Positions 1 to 11,388 of a stretch of DNA of 64,000 nucleotides are shown here, piece by piece. The number at the start of each line of letters is the position of its first letter. Within the stretch, counting starts at the first letter, position 1. Origin of the DNA: Setoptus koraiensis (Eukaryota; Animalia; Arthropoda); contig CM106586.1 in the NCBI GenBank assembly GCA_048013815.1, positions 6,820,001 to 6,884,000 on the forward strand, read 5' to 3'. The position numbers were made by a program, and so were the translations under genes. Below the pieces are notes generated by a model. That model saw only the letters and a list, made by a program, of their open reading frames with translations, searched no databases and was not told the origin of the DNA.

Positions 1-3000
1 TAACTGATAGAGTTCATGTTAGACGGCGCTTTCTTGCCTTCTATGATCAATGATGCAATCACTTTCAGAATCATCGGGTTCTCGATCTTTGCATTATAAT
101 CCAAACTGGTAGGCTGTTCTGGTCCCACTCCATTGATAGTTTGCCTCTCTGTAGGTTGATGCTGCTGGCCTAAGACAGTTGTAGACTCGATCAAAATCTG
201 ATATAATGCACGATAAGTTGTGAACGATAATGGGGTGAAGTTTTTCAAATTTTCACATAGCAACATAAACAGATTGTAGGGACCCATTACATCCTGTTTT
301 CTCTTTTGTGTGCTTTTACTTAAGAACAGGCCAAGTAAGCGCAGTGCCTGAACACGAACATCTTCGTTCGGAGAACTGATTAGTTTGAATATAACCTTGA
401 CACCCTGTTTAGAATCAAAAGCAGGTATCAGAGTAGCTGGATACTCATTCATCAAAGATTCGAGCATGTTGAGAACGTCCAGTAGATTCTCATCGTTGTT
501 GACGGTAGATAAATAATTGAGTATGCCTTGTAATTCATCGTGAGGTACAGTAGTAGATCGTAGTATCAGCTCCTTGACAAATAATAGAATATGAGACCTT
601 ATCTTGCATAGATCAGCGTAACTTGGCCTTAAAGATGTATCCTTTGCTTTCAACTGAATATCTTTCTCCTCTGCTAGCCAATAGTAATATTTTAATGCAT
701 GTAATGATTGCAGGACAGTTGACACACGTCTTATCTCGCCGAATAAAAAATCTGTACCATTTGAAGAGTTGTTATCATAGGATGAAGATCTCCAGTTTGA
801 TTGATCATTGACTAATTTTGATTGCAAATTCGATGCATTGGAAGAGGATGCGTATTGCTGATTGATGGCCATCAAGCCAGCAGAGGCGGAAGTCGTTGGC
901 GTATAGGCGCTTATGAAAGAGGTGCTATTACTAGTTTGATTCACAGTTCCAGTTGGACTTTCCATTGTTGAGTTACTCAAAGCTAGTACATGCTTAGTTC
1001 CATGGAGAAATTCTGTTGCCAAATAGGAATATAGATTGATTTGTAGTTTGGCATCTACATAAATCCACAAAGCTGGATTGAATAATATGTTATCCATGAG
1101 ATGCTTGAGCTGTAGAGAATCACCAGCCGTCTTAGAAGCAGTTATGAGTGTCCTAGTTAAATTGAGAAATATATCTAGTATTTGTTGCGTAAATATTTGA
1201 CGAGCGTTCTTTGTCAATGAACAAGCAATGATCACAAATCCATGACTTTGAATTATTTCGTTGGCAAACCAATGTGGAGAACATTCTAATAGATCACATA
1301 GGAATCCTATCAAAGTTGAACAAGCTTCTGCGTCACCTTTTGAAGCAAACACGTTAAGCAACGGAAATAGACTTCTAGCACATCCGATCGATTGCAATGT
1401 GGAACAAATGGGTTGAGTGACTATAGCCTTCGTCTGACCCAATAGTGCAGCATGAGGCGATGACATAAAGAAGTTTTGCGCGGAGTTTGACGTGGATGAT
1501 CTCAACGGGGCCGATTGAAGACACAGTGTTCCTCCGTCTACGGCCACGGGTGTATATAGACAAAATAGAGATGCAGACAACTTTTCTTCATATAATACCT
1601 TACTTATTTGCGATGGTAAATAAACCTGACTTTCATTACTATACTTAAATTGGCCCATGTATGAAGGACCTAATCTGTGGATGGCGCATATCTGAGCTGT
1701 GGTTAAGCTCTCATTGAACAAATATACCGCTGACATTTGACCGCAGAAGGAATTTAGCTCACTCCTATCTTGAGACATTGATCCAGATCCTCCAATGAAG
1801 CATTTATCAAATACTTCGTTTGTTTGCACTTGCCATGGCATTTCAATACTTGCAGATAATTGTCCATTTACATAAACTTTTATCTCAGATGCTCTCCATT
1901 TACTGATGTACGTTATTGCACAATAAACCCATTTATAGGATTGAAATTCATAAGCGACACAATGTTGAACACCTTTACCTTTGACTTTCATTGAGGTTAG
2001 CACGAGACAATTGCCTGTGAAATGAGCTGAATATCCAAGACCTGTTTTACTAGTTTTGAAACAAAATAAATATGGTTGTGAACTATTAACTTTTGGCTCT
2101 ATGCAGAACCACGTACTGAACGACCAGCCATTTTGGGTTGGCCACTTTTGGAATGGTGATAGTGCTATCATAGATCCTCTGGTTCCTGGGAATGCGAAAA
2201 ATGCGTGCGGTCGGTTTCGTTGATTCAGATTTGCATAGCGTACAAAATTGAGGAGCTTGGGATCATATTCACTGAATTTAACTATAGACTTTAACTCTTT
2301 AACATCACACGTATGAGAAATCAATAAATTTATCCATTCTCTCAAGAAATGTTTCATCAGACTTTCACCATTATCAGGGGCAGTTTTCATAGCAGTATTT
2401 GTAGGTGGACAAAGGCGCTGATCGTTCTTGGCATTATCGTTGCTGTGAAGTATTTGGTAAATACAAGGTACAAGGAGTCCACGTGCGGCATCCAAATTGA
2501 ATACTGATTTCTTAATTACAGCTATCAAGACACTTAGTAATTCTGAAACAATTTTTGGTGGTAATCTTTTTAGATGGTCTATGAAGAATGAATGTAAGGC
2601 AGGTGTACTTCTTATAGATAATAAATCATCGGTAGTCAAGATTCGCAATATAGAATCTGTCATATGACTTGCAGCATCGTTAGGGAGATTGGTTTGTTTG
2701 TGGATGTCAATCAGCCTTTCGCACAGTAAGTGCAGTCTCGACAACTCATCAAGATTGGGATCAATCTCATCATCTTTACTTGAGTTGTTATTGGATGGTA
2801 GATGCCCCAAAGAAGTATCTTTTTCTTTTTGAGTTTCTTGTTGTGAGTTTATTTCAGAATCACTGGAAATCTCTTTAACTTCCTCATTAGTAGACTGCGG
2901 AATGGTGGGCTCTGGGTTTTCGACACCTGAACTGTTGTTGTGACCGGTGGCACAGGTATCGGCCGACGCAAGAGAAGATGCATCCTGTTGGCCAGTAGCC

Positions 3001-3032
3001 TTAGGATCTTCTTGGCCCTGAGGGGTCGACAT
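1..3032 (-). CDS. NBEA: Neurobeachin/rugose (NBEA/LRBA family), N-terminal ~1,010 codons; 3' end lies outside the window
   Basis: Absent from the ORF track, presumably because it runs off the window edge. ATG at 3032 (MSTPQGQEDPK) is the first in-frame ATG after an upstream TAA; every block I translated was open down to base 1. Family motifs: HAFFAFPGTRGSMIALSPFQKWPTQNGWSFSTWF (ConA/LamG-like), LYTPVAVDGGTLCLQSAP, ATEFL and RRVSTVLQSLHALKYYYW. Confidence 0.9.
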   Translation of the reverse strand, partial: MSTPQGQEDPKATGQQDASSLASADTCATGHNNSSGVENPEPTIPQSTNEEVKEISSDSEINSQQETQKEKDTSLGHLPSNNNSSKDDEIDPNLDELSRLHLLCERLIDIHKQTNLPNDAASHMTDSILRILTTDDLLSIRSTPALHSFFIDHLKRLPPKIVSELLSVLIAVIKKSVFNLDAARGLLVPCIYQILHSNDNAKNDQRLCPPTNTAMKTAPDNGESLMKHFLREWINLLISHTCDVKELKSIVKFSEYDPKLLNFVRYANLNQRNRPHAFFAFPGTRGSMIALSPFQKWPTQNGWSFSTWFCIEPKVNSSQPYLFCFKTSKTGLGYSAHFTGNCLVLTSMKVKGKGVQHCVAYEFQSYKWVYCAITYISKWRASEIKVYVNGQLSASIEMPWQVQTNEVFDKCFIGGSGSMSQDRSELNSFCGQMSAVYLFNESLTTAQICAIHRLGPSYMGQFKYSNESQVYLPSQISKVLYEEKLSASLFCLYTPVAVDGGTLCLQSAPLRSSTSNSAQNFFMSSPHAALLGQTKAIVTQPICSTLQSIGCARSLFPLLNVFASKGDAEACSTLIGFLCDLLECSPHWFANEIIQSHGFVIIACSLTKNARQIFTQQILDIFLNLTRTLITASKTAGDSLQLKHLMDNILFNPALWIYVDAKLQINLYSYLATEFLHGTKHVLALSNSTMESPTGTVNQTSNSTSFISAYTPTTSASAGLMAINQQYASSSNASNLQSKLVNDQSNWRSSSYDNNSSNGTDFLFGEIRRVSTVLQSLHALKYYYWLAEEKDIQLKAKDTSLRPSYADLCKIRSHILLFVKELILRSTTVPHDELQGILNYLSTVNNDENLLDVLNMLESLMNEYPATLIPAFDSKQGVKVIFKLISSPNEDVRVQALRLLGLFLSKSTQKRKQDVMGPYNLFMLLCENLKNFTPLSFTTYRALYQILIESTTVLGQQHQPTERQTINGVGPEQPTSLDYNAKIENPMILKVIASLIIEGKKAPSNMNSIS

Positions 3033-5430
3033 TTCTGTTTTCACTACTATTGCTTGGTGGCAATTTTTCAGGAGTGAAAAATTGTGCCTCGTTTGTGCGG
3101 ATTGAAAAAAAAAATGAAGAAAATAGAGTTCTAATATTGCCTCTGCTGTTTAATATTCACATGGATCGAGATTTATCTTTGCGGTAATTGGATATAGCCG
3201 TTACGTGTGACGCTTAAGTGACTATCTTATGTATCTCCTACTGTGTACTCCAGATAAGATTTCGCGCTTTTATGTCGGAGATGTAGCTACTGTTGAAGAA
3301 ATTGCAAATTTGTTTTGGCGAAAAATATTCTTATATATTTGACCATTCGTTAGATGGGAGTCAAGAATATAATAAGAGTTTTAGTGTTTATTCCTCATAG
3401 ACAAATACTGATGTAAATAGTATTGTTATCCATCTGTCTATACGTGTTAATACATTGTTTGTGTGTGAGTGTCAGTGTGCGTTTGTGTGTGTGTGTGTTG
3501 TCGTCAATTGTTCAATTATAATTATGATCGACATGTTATAATGATGCTAAAGGTGACTAATACCATTCAAGCTGTGTCACATTCGGCAAGCTTGAACAAT
3601 GTTGTCTACTGTAACATTAATGTTATAATAAGTGGTTGTCCCTATCTCTTTCTAAATATGTAAGTATTCTGCTATGTTTGTTGCCATCCCACTAAAGCTG
3701 AACAGTTGGCTTGCAATAATTCCTCTATCTATTGATTCAATATTATTAATTGGTAATTAAATCATATAGATAATCATTGTGATGATGTCAAATCAACAAT
3801 ATTAATATAGATCATGATTGATTTCAATTACTGTCTATCTAATATCTACATTGACAAGTGGTGGCACACTTGACTACTGTTCGCATACTACAATACTTTT
3901 GTATAGTGATATCATTGTAGAGAGCTGCTGTTGCCGTTGCGGTCCGATGACTCGCCCATCTGGGGTATACCCAGTCACTCAAATGGACCGCTCGCACAAA
4001 TCATTGCGCTGGCTTCTGAGCGAGTCTGTAGCTGAGAACGACGAATTGTCCCCCTGTAGCTCCAGTTTCAATCTTACACTTTTCAGCATATGAGGGCAGT
4101 TCTTGCGTGCATTTGCACATACTTTTGCGTGCGCGAGTGTTTTCACTGCAAGAAAGCAGTAGTTATCATACTGTCCGCGAGGGAAACATTATTGTTCTTT
4201 TTGTTGGCATTGTGCTCACTAAAGTGGATACTGCACACAAGTTGGCTTCAGTGGACCAAGTTTGGACGCTCTCGTTTCAATAAAACGGCTTTATCTAATG
4301 ATAATTGTTTGCTTATGTGTGATCGAAAGAATATACAAGTTAGACAGTCAGTAGCAGTTTGAGAAATCCAATTCATTTCTAAACAAGCGCGACACACACA
4401 GACATAATTGTTACGTAAACAAATATTATCTGTCCGATTCTAGTGGACTTCGAAATGAAGTGCTAGTAGTTTCTCTCTCCACGACAAGCGAGCAAGTTGT
4501 GTTGGAGCTTTACTTCTGTACAATAATGAAACTGTATAAGATTTACCCAATACAAAGTGAAAGCACACACAATCTGTAGATGCAAGTGTAGATCAAGGTG
4601 TTCAGGATGTTGGCCAGAGCCTATTTCAGAGCCATTGTTTGACCGCATCAATCAAAGTGTATGCGTGTCTTGCTATAACCTTTAGATGACCATGACAGCA
4701 CCATGATGAAAATCATACTACAACGATTGCACATATCGTGTCGATTTGTTGTGAATACAAACTAGCTCACACTAATCAACCAGATCAATATTGATCGTAA
4801 ACACAGGGATTAATCATATAGGCATCGTTTGAGAGTATCGTTTGGGTGGCAGCCTGCAAACTTTTGGCTATACTTATCGCACAGTACAATGTGAAGAGTG
4901 TGCATGTCCTCGTCTGCATTAGTTTATTTTACCACTGTCTAATTATCATCGTAGCGTCATGCTTCCTAATCCTTGCACAAACAGGTGTGTAGAATGCCGT
5001 TACGAAAGAGTTATATGAAGGATATGATATCATCATCATAAAAATAATAATAATAAAAAAAAAATGTAGGAATATACACACATGATGCAATGCATGTATA
5101 TTTCCATACTCACATTACATTTGGGTGCGGGAGATGGCGCCAATGTAGCCTGATGAAAAACACATCGCCGCGCTTCACAGCGCTGCAGAGATCTCACGAA
5201 CTCATCCTGTGACTCACAGAAGAACTTTTGGTTTTTGGGCACAGTTTTGGAACAAATGCACACAAATGCCTAACAAATATGCCTCTAAATGCAATGCAAT
5301 TAGGCCACGCAAAACATACACAGTTGTACTGTGTGCAATTATGGGATATGATGAGCCCACTGATTGTTGTGCCCCTACCATTGCTGTGCCATCATTAGTT
5401 GTAACCCTTGACGAGTTTACCATTACACGC

Positions 5431-5448
5431 ACACACACACACACACAC
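5431..5448. repeat. (AC)9 microsatellite
   Basis: Read directly from the sequence. Confidence 0.9.
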
Positions 5449-6031
5449 CAAACACCTGAGCTCGAAAAACAATCAACATTGAAAACAATGCAAAAAAGGC
5501 AAGGAAAAGAGCAGGATAAAACTAGATGTTGGCCTCGTGCTAACGGATTATCCATGGATTATCATCATTATTACTAATTATCACAGTGATTGCCCAGGAC
5601 ACATTACATCTCTTGACATCATTCATTGGACTGCAGTTATCAAATTATATTATATATTCAAAGCACCTATATTACCATTATAATTAGTATTATTCGTTTT
5701 AGCAACCAATCATATTTATTGCTACAGAAGCTGGATCTACTGTGACCAATTAGAATATTGTTTTGGCATCACTATACAGGATATAACATTATCCAATTAT
5801 CAGTAACAAGATAAAGGGTGTTCGCAAGTAATTTTTTTTTTTACGGCGAAAACTGTAGCACTGTGTAGCCTTGTCCTCGGTTCGAAAGTCACATGGAAAA
5901 TACACTGAAGAAGGGAGCATAGCCTTTTCAGTTCATTTGCAAATCTATTAGTGAACACCCTATATTTATTGGCCGTCAATATAACATTTATGACTATCAT
6001 ATTGCCGTTGTTCGTCAACATAAAATAATAG

Positions 6032-7786
6032 ATGGGCTCCGTCTACAGGCCATCATTTAGTGGTGGCTCTTCTGGTGAGAAGAGGCCTCCTAGATGGCTC
6101 GATTGTCCTCGGAATGGAGAAATGATTGATGATACATTTATAGCCTTTAAGACCCCGCTCAATGAACAATACTCAGTGCCACAAGCCAATTTATTCACGC
6201 CTGAAATGTTCATTGCAAAAATGAAAGAGGACAAAGTAGACATTGGACTTTGGATAAGTCTCACATATACTGAACGTTACTATGATACAAGTTCATTGGA
6301 AGACCATCAAATTAAATATTTTCACATCGAATGTAGGGGCCACGGTCAGGCTCCGACGCACGAGGAAACCCAAAAATTCAATATTGTTTGCGAGAAATTT
6401 CTCGCTAAAAATCCTAAAAAAGCCATAGTGGTACACTGTACGCATGGATTCAACAGATCTGGTTTTATGATTTGTTCCTACTTATACGAAAAAAGAGAAT
6501 GGCCTATAGATGCTGCAATCAATTGTTTTGCTAAGAAACGACCCCCTGGCATCTACAAGCAATCTTACCTTGATGAATTGATTGAAAGATATGGCGATCC
6601 AGAGGAAGATGAAAAAATTCCTGCACCAGAGAAACCTCTTTGGTGTTTAGAGGATGTTAATGGCGATCTAGATGATGATGGTCTTATGAATGACTCAAAG
6701 CGGGACTTAGAATCTCAAGATTACCTTGGTGGCAATAATGAGTTCATGGAAGGAGTCTCCGGTGTCTATAAGGTTAATGATAAGTCTACCTATAACAGGG
6801 TATGGGCAAAGTGCATGCAAATGTGCCAATGGGAAGCGCAACCACGAGTTAAATTTCCTGGCTGTCAGCCAGTATCTATGGATCAAACCAATATCGCAAG
6901 AATATTAGCTGAACCATATAAGGTTAGTTGGAAAGCTGACGGGTGTAGATATATGATGCTAATTGAAGAAAAGGATAAAATATTTTTTCTAGCTAGGAAT
7001 CAGGTGGCATATCAAGTGGATGGATTGACTTTCCCCCGTAAAGATAACTTAGATGATCACCTCGACAATACATTAGTTGATGGAGAAATGGTGATTGATG
7101 TAGATAAAAACAACAGAATACCCAGATTTCTCATCTATGACATAATAAGCCTCCGCTCACACACAGTGGGCGCATTGAACTTCGACAAACGATACAGATT
7201 GATAAAAGACGAACTCATAAATCCCAGAGAACATGCTAAACAAAAATTGAAAATTTCTCGTGAAAGAGAACCGTTTGGTGTTAGGCTAAAAGGTTTCTGG
7301 GATTTAGCTCAAACTGAGTTTGTTCTCGAGATGAAACTGTCTCACGAGAGTGACGGATTAATTTTTCAGCCCGTTTCAGACCCCTATATCTGTGGGCCAT
7401 GTGATAAGGTGCTGAAATGGAAACCCCCAAGTCATAATTCAATTGATTTTAGATTAAGTATCATTGAAGAGCGAAGACAAGGTATGTTGCCACATCGTGT
7501 TGGCTTACTATTTGTGTGCGACAACTCTGCAAAATTTGGTACAATTCATGTTACTAATGATCTCGAAAAGTATAATGGAAAGATTATTGAATGTACATTA
7601 GATTTAGAGAAGAGGCAATGGAAGGTGATGCGTGAAAGAACGGACAAGTTAACCGCAAACACTTACAACACTGCAAATGCCGTCAAGAGATCTATGTTGC
7701 ATCCTGTAACGAAAGAATTTTTATTAGAAAAGATCCGCAAGGGGGTAAGAAAAGATCCGGAAGTTAGAAGAAATCCGGAAGAATAG
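6032..7786 (+). CDS. RNGTT: mRNA capping enzyme (RNA triphosphatase + guanylyltransferase), 584 aa, single exon
   Basis: Cys-phosphatase motif HCTHGFNRSG. GTase motifs WKADG (catalytic Lys), LVDGEMV, FLIYDII, SDGLIF, KWKP and RERTDK in canonical order. Confidence 0.97.
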   Translation: MGSVYRPSFSGGSSGEKRPPRWLDCPRNGEMIDDTFIAFKTPLNEQYSVPQANLFTPEMFIAKMKEDKVDIGLWISLTYTERYYDTSSLEDHQIKYFHIECRGHGQAPTHEETQKFNIVCEKFLAKNPKKAIVVHCTHGFNRSGFMICSYLYEKREWPIDAAINCFAKKRPPGIYKQSYLDELIERYGDPEEDEKIPAPEKPLWCLEDVNGDLDDDGLMNDSKRDLESQDYLGGNNEFMEGVSGVYKVNDKSTYNRVWAKCMQMCQWEAQPRVKFPGCQPVSMDQTNIARILAEPYKVSWKADGCRYMMLIEEKDKIFFLARNQVAYQVDGLTFPRKDNLDDHLDNTLVDGEMVIDVDKNNRIPRFLIYDIISLRSHTVGALNFDKRYRLIKDELINPREHAKQKLKISREREPFGVRLKGFWDLAQTEFVLEMKLSHESDGLIFQPVSDPYICGPCDKVLKWKPPSHNSIDFRLSIIEERRQGMLPHRVGLLFVCDNSAKFGTIHVTNDLEKYNGKIIECTLDLEKRQWKVMRERTDKLTANTYNTANAVKRSMLHPVTKEFLLEKIRKGVRKDPEVRRNPEE

Positions 7787-7809
7787 ATAGTACCAATATT
7801 ATAATAACA

Positions 7810-7815
7810 AATAAA
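7810..7815 (+). terminator. AATAAA polyadenylation signal candidate for RNGTT
   Basis: AATAAA about 24 nt after the stop codon in AT-rich sequence. Confidence 0.5.
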
Positions 7816-9204
7816 TATTTATATATAAATATATACATATACCTAGACAATGTCGAACTTTATATTGATTTATCATATCAAATCAGTAATCAAACGGTCA
7901 ACAAAGCTTATATCAGGAATAGTGATTAGCTGATTGTTTTCGGTAGATGCTGTATGAATATTACATGTATAGTGGTTTTGTTCACAGATAGAATGTTTGT
8001 CCTCAAAAAGGAAAACAAATCTGTATAATACTTCGTTGATTGTTATTCGATTGAGAACGCTTTCCGACATTGCTGACTAATATAAACAGTCGAAGCCTAC
8101 CATACACTTAACAGAGAGACAGTCTAAAATGAAGTTGGTTATCAAATTGTGGCTAGCACAGTAGATTAAAATCAACAATGGACAATGGGAAGAGCTACCA
8201 ATTGTTGCTTTCGGATTTCGATTCTCTGTACACATTTTATATCTCTAGAGTTATATTGATATTGTGTCGTTATTTATATTGCATATCGATATAAATGAGT
8301 GAAAAAGCTGGAAAGCATTTGATTGTTCCAAAGTTCAGATTCACAACAATTCCACCGGCAACACTACATATCCAAGTTGGACAGTCCAATGTGAGTGAAT
8401 AGTGCTCTCACTGTTTGCCTGACTGACTGGCCGGATTGGTTGGTTGTTATGTACAATAGCACCAAATCATGTTGCGTCAATGTATTAAACGCAGTCCACC
8501 ATGAATAGACAGGTTGAAGTCATCAAATAGAAACGATCGATCATACACGGCTCGGTGTGTGAGTTGTTCTTGAAAAGGTTTGATTTGATTGAAATTCATC
8601 ATTAGAGCTGGTAATTTATATAGATATGAGAACTATCTGTCTCTGTATCTCTTCGTCTTTTAACAGCGCCGGACAGATCAGTCCAGTCTGCCTTTCAATC
8701 AATTATATATATTATAATCCGCAGTTGGCCAAATGTGGTTTGTGTGTGTGTGTGAGCAATGGAGAGAGAAAGATGATCATTAGATGATCATTTAGTTACT
8801 TCACAAATTTATTCGCATAATTTAGTTGGCGCAGCAATCTTCATCATTACGACGGCACGATTTCAGATTTGACTCATGTAGTTGTATTTAAATTTTACAC
8901 TATGAAGCATATTGCAACAAACGAAATAATCTCTCCGCAGTGTTTCTAGATCATGTATAGTTCACATGTATTTGGTTGCACGATGTGTTCTCGCAGCTCT
9001 CTTCACCGGACTCTGGCTATAAATTTTCCGATGAACTAATAGTTGTGGCGAGGGCTCGCGATACGATGGTGCTAGTTTCGGCGAGCCAACAATAAATAGT
9101 GATAATGGTAGTGGCTAGCCTGAGGTATAAGTGTTGTTGTGATTGTGTTAACAAACATGTTAATAATAAATACGCTGATAGTGGAATACTGTTCGCAAAT
9201 ATAA

Positions 9205-9567
9205 TTACGTGGCAGTGTCGTCACTCTTGGAATTATCGTGTTCTGGTCTATTGGTGGTACGGTCTTGCTTTTCTTGTTTTAGGAGTTTCTCGGCAAGAAA
9301 AGCCTGCTTCTCATATTGACTCATGAGGGATATTCGTAGTCTGTCGAACCAGTTCACGTAGACAATTTTTCCGTCCACATGATAGGTAGTTCTGGTTTTG
9401 GTGCGTTTATGTTTGGCCTTGGGCCTGGTTTGTTTTTGATTCTGGCCAGTCTTGGGCGCCCCCTCCGTTGCAGCGCCCAATCTCTGATCGGCGCTGTCGG
9501 AGTTGGAATTTGAGTTTGTTGGATCTTGCGCTGACGAAGCTCGAGTATCGACGTTTGCCTTGTCCAT
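9205..9567 (-). CDS. Hypothetical 120-aa hydrophilic/basic protein
   Basis: ATG in a good context (acaacaATGg), protein-like composition and a non-repetitive core (TYHVDGKIVYVNWFDRLRISLMSQYEKQAFLAEKLLK). Lies in a 3.6 kb gap of an otherwise gene-dense block. No family recognised. Confidence 0.35.
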   Translation of the reverse strand: MDKANVDTRASSAQDPTNSNSNSDSADQRLGAATEGAPKTGQNQKQTRPKAKHKRTKTRTTYHVDGKIVYVNWFDRLRISLMSQYEKQAFLAEKLLKQEKQDRTTNRPEHDNSKSDDTAT

Positions 9568-11252
9568 TGTTGTTCTTTAGTTTTCAGTTGATACTACCTT
9601 GGTGCGATTTCAATTATATTTTAAGCAAACAATTTCCGTTCATGTCGATACTATCATTTAATCACTGCTACGTTTAAAATTTATCTGTTGTTGTTGTCGG
9701 TTGATTGTTTGCCGGGTTGTTTGCGCTTCATAAAAGTTAGTTGCCCGCTCAATGATAGCCTTCTAAATGATTAACAATAGTCAGTTGTGTCTTCTCAATG
9801 GGAATACTCTTGTATGATGATTGTGATTCAGTATGTAGATTATGATTGCTGATTGAAATGATTGGACATGATTGAATGACAACTATCGCCAAATGTATGC
9901 AAGCAAGAAAACAGAGAATAATGCTCTTACCGTGACCATCGCCAATATCCGTCCTATGTTATGCAATATCACCTTCTCGCAACAAAAACATCCATATGAA
10001 CCTACTCCGATGCAATGTATGTGTAGATGTAAGAGGGGCGTGACCAACTGGCACCTAGTGCGACTGCCCGGAAAATATCCTCTGTTTAGATTGTTGGGCT
10101 ATAAACATAAATGAGGCGAGCAAATTTTAGCCATTCACTCGCGAATAGCATTTGTTTGTGGCGTCGATGTTTGCCTGCATATTACAAACCAGTGATCTGG
10201 ACAATTCGAGATATTGCGATTGAATAATGTTACCGCGATTCACATCGATCTGGACATGGCCACATGTAGTTGCCGTCTACGATGGTGAAAAGTGAACACC
10301 GAAGAGCGAGAGGGGGAGAGAGAGAGCCATTCAATTATATGTCTGCTTTTCAGCAAACCATTACATAATAAACAAGCTTGCCTATGAGTGCACTTGTAAC
10401 CGATCTGTTTCGTTTTACGTAAAGCGAATGCAACTTTTGCACATCTTGAAAATTGCTTGTTAGGCGCAAAACAACTACTATCATTGTTGTTATGCTAGAT
10501 AGTGAAAACTTTTTTCTTCGCTATATTCATCCCAGTGAGATTTATCCATCCAGATATGTGATCGTGCCTGTCTGTTGCACAACAAATCTATTGTTGCCAC
10601 TCCAAATCTCGGCTAAGCTCTCTTGTTGTTACCTTGCCTATGTTAATACGAAAGAAAAAGACACACACACACAATAACACTTTGTGAGAATTTTTCTTTT
10701 CACTCTTCTCATACATGTTATGCTTATGTGACAGCTTCGATCTATTCCATTTAGACTTTACTAACTGCTAGCACAAGTGGCAGTGTTGCTGCTGCTGACT
10801 CAACTATTAGTTCAACTTGTCAAGGTGTCCACTCTACATTCAACTAAACCTTACATTGCTTGGCCTATTTTTAAAACGATCAATGTCAATCTGCCATAAG
10901 TCACCAAACTCTTGCCGATCATTTGCAAACACACACGGTTGTCTCGAAAAGAACACATTGTCTTTTACGAAAAAGAATTGACTCAAAGATTGGTATTAGT
11001 GTGAGTTGCTGACAAGGAAGGCATAGTTAGACCATTTTGAACAACTCGGCAATGGTTGCCCATCTCAGTGTAGAATAGTTCGTGTCTAGAGGATACAGGT
11101 TTTTTGGATAATCATTGTGACACGCAACTGCCTGCAGTGACCAATAAGCCTCTGAGTATTTAATGAGAGTTCATTCGCTTTGAGCATTATTCTTTGTAGC
11201 ATCATCACTTCGAGATATTCAACTTTGTGCAATACTCGAAAAAGAATCATCA

Positions 11253-11258
11253 TTTATT
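11253..11258 (-). terminator. AATAAA polyadenylation signal candidate for PUF60
   Basis: TTTATT on + strand, about 130 nt downstream of the PUF60 stop. Confidence 0.4.
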
Positions 11259-11388
11259 CAACCAGATCAAGGTGAAACTGATGCTCTTCGAGCACCGTGT
11301 CCAGTTTTTTTATCAATCCAAATTTGTTTCAATGTAAAAATTCGGCATAGTGGAAATCAAATAGAAAACTCTTTTGTTGTTCCTAATT

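Noticed and set aside
3818-5577. Possible spliced minus-strand gene between NBEA and RNGTT (hydrophobic fragments near 5555-5217, 4913-4770, 4620-4548, 4147-3985)
   Set aside because: I could not make the splice phases consistent and recognised no family. More likely UTR, intron or promoter sequence; RNA-seq would settle it.
5876-5890. GGTTCGA, a tRNA T-loop-like word
   Set aside because: No cloverleaf or A-box in the flanking sequence.
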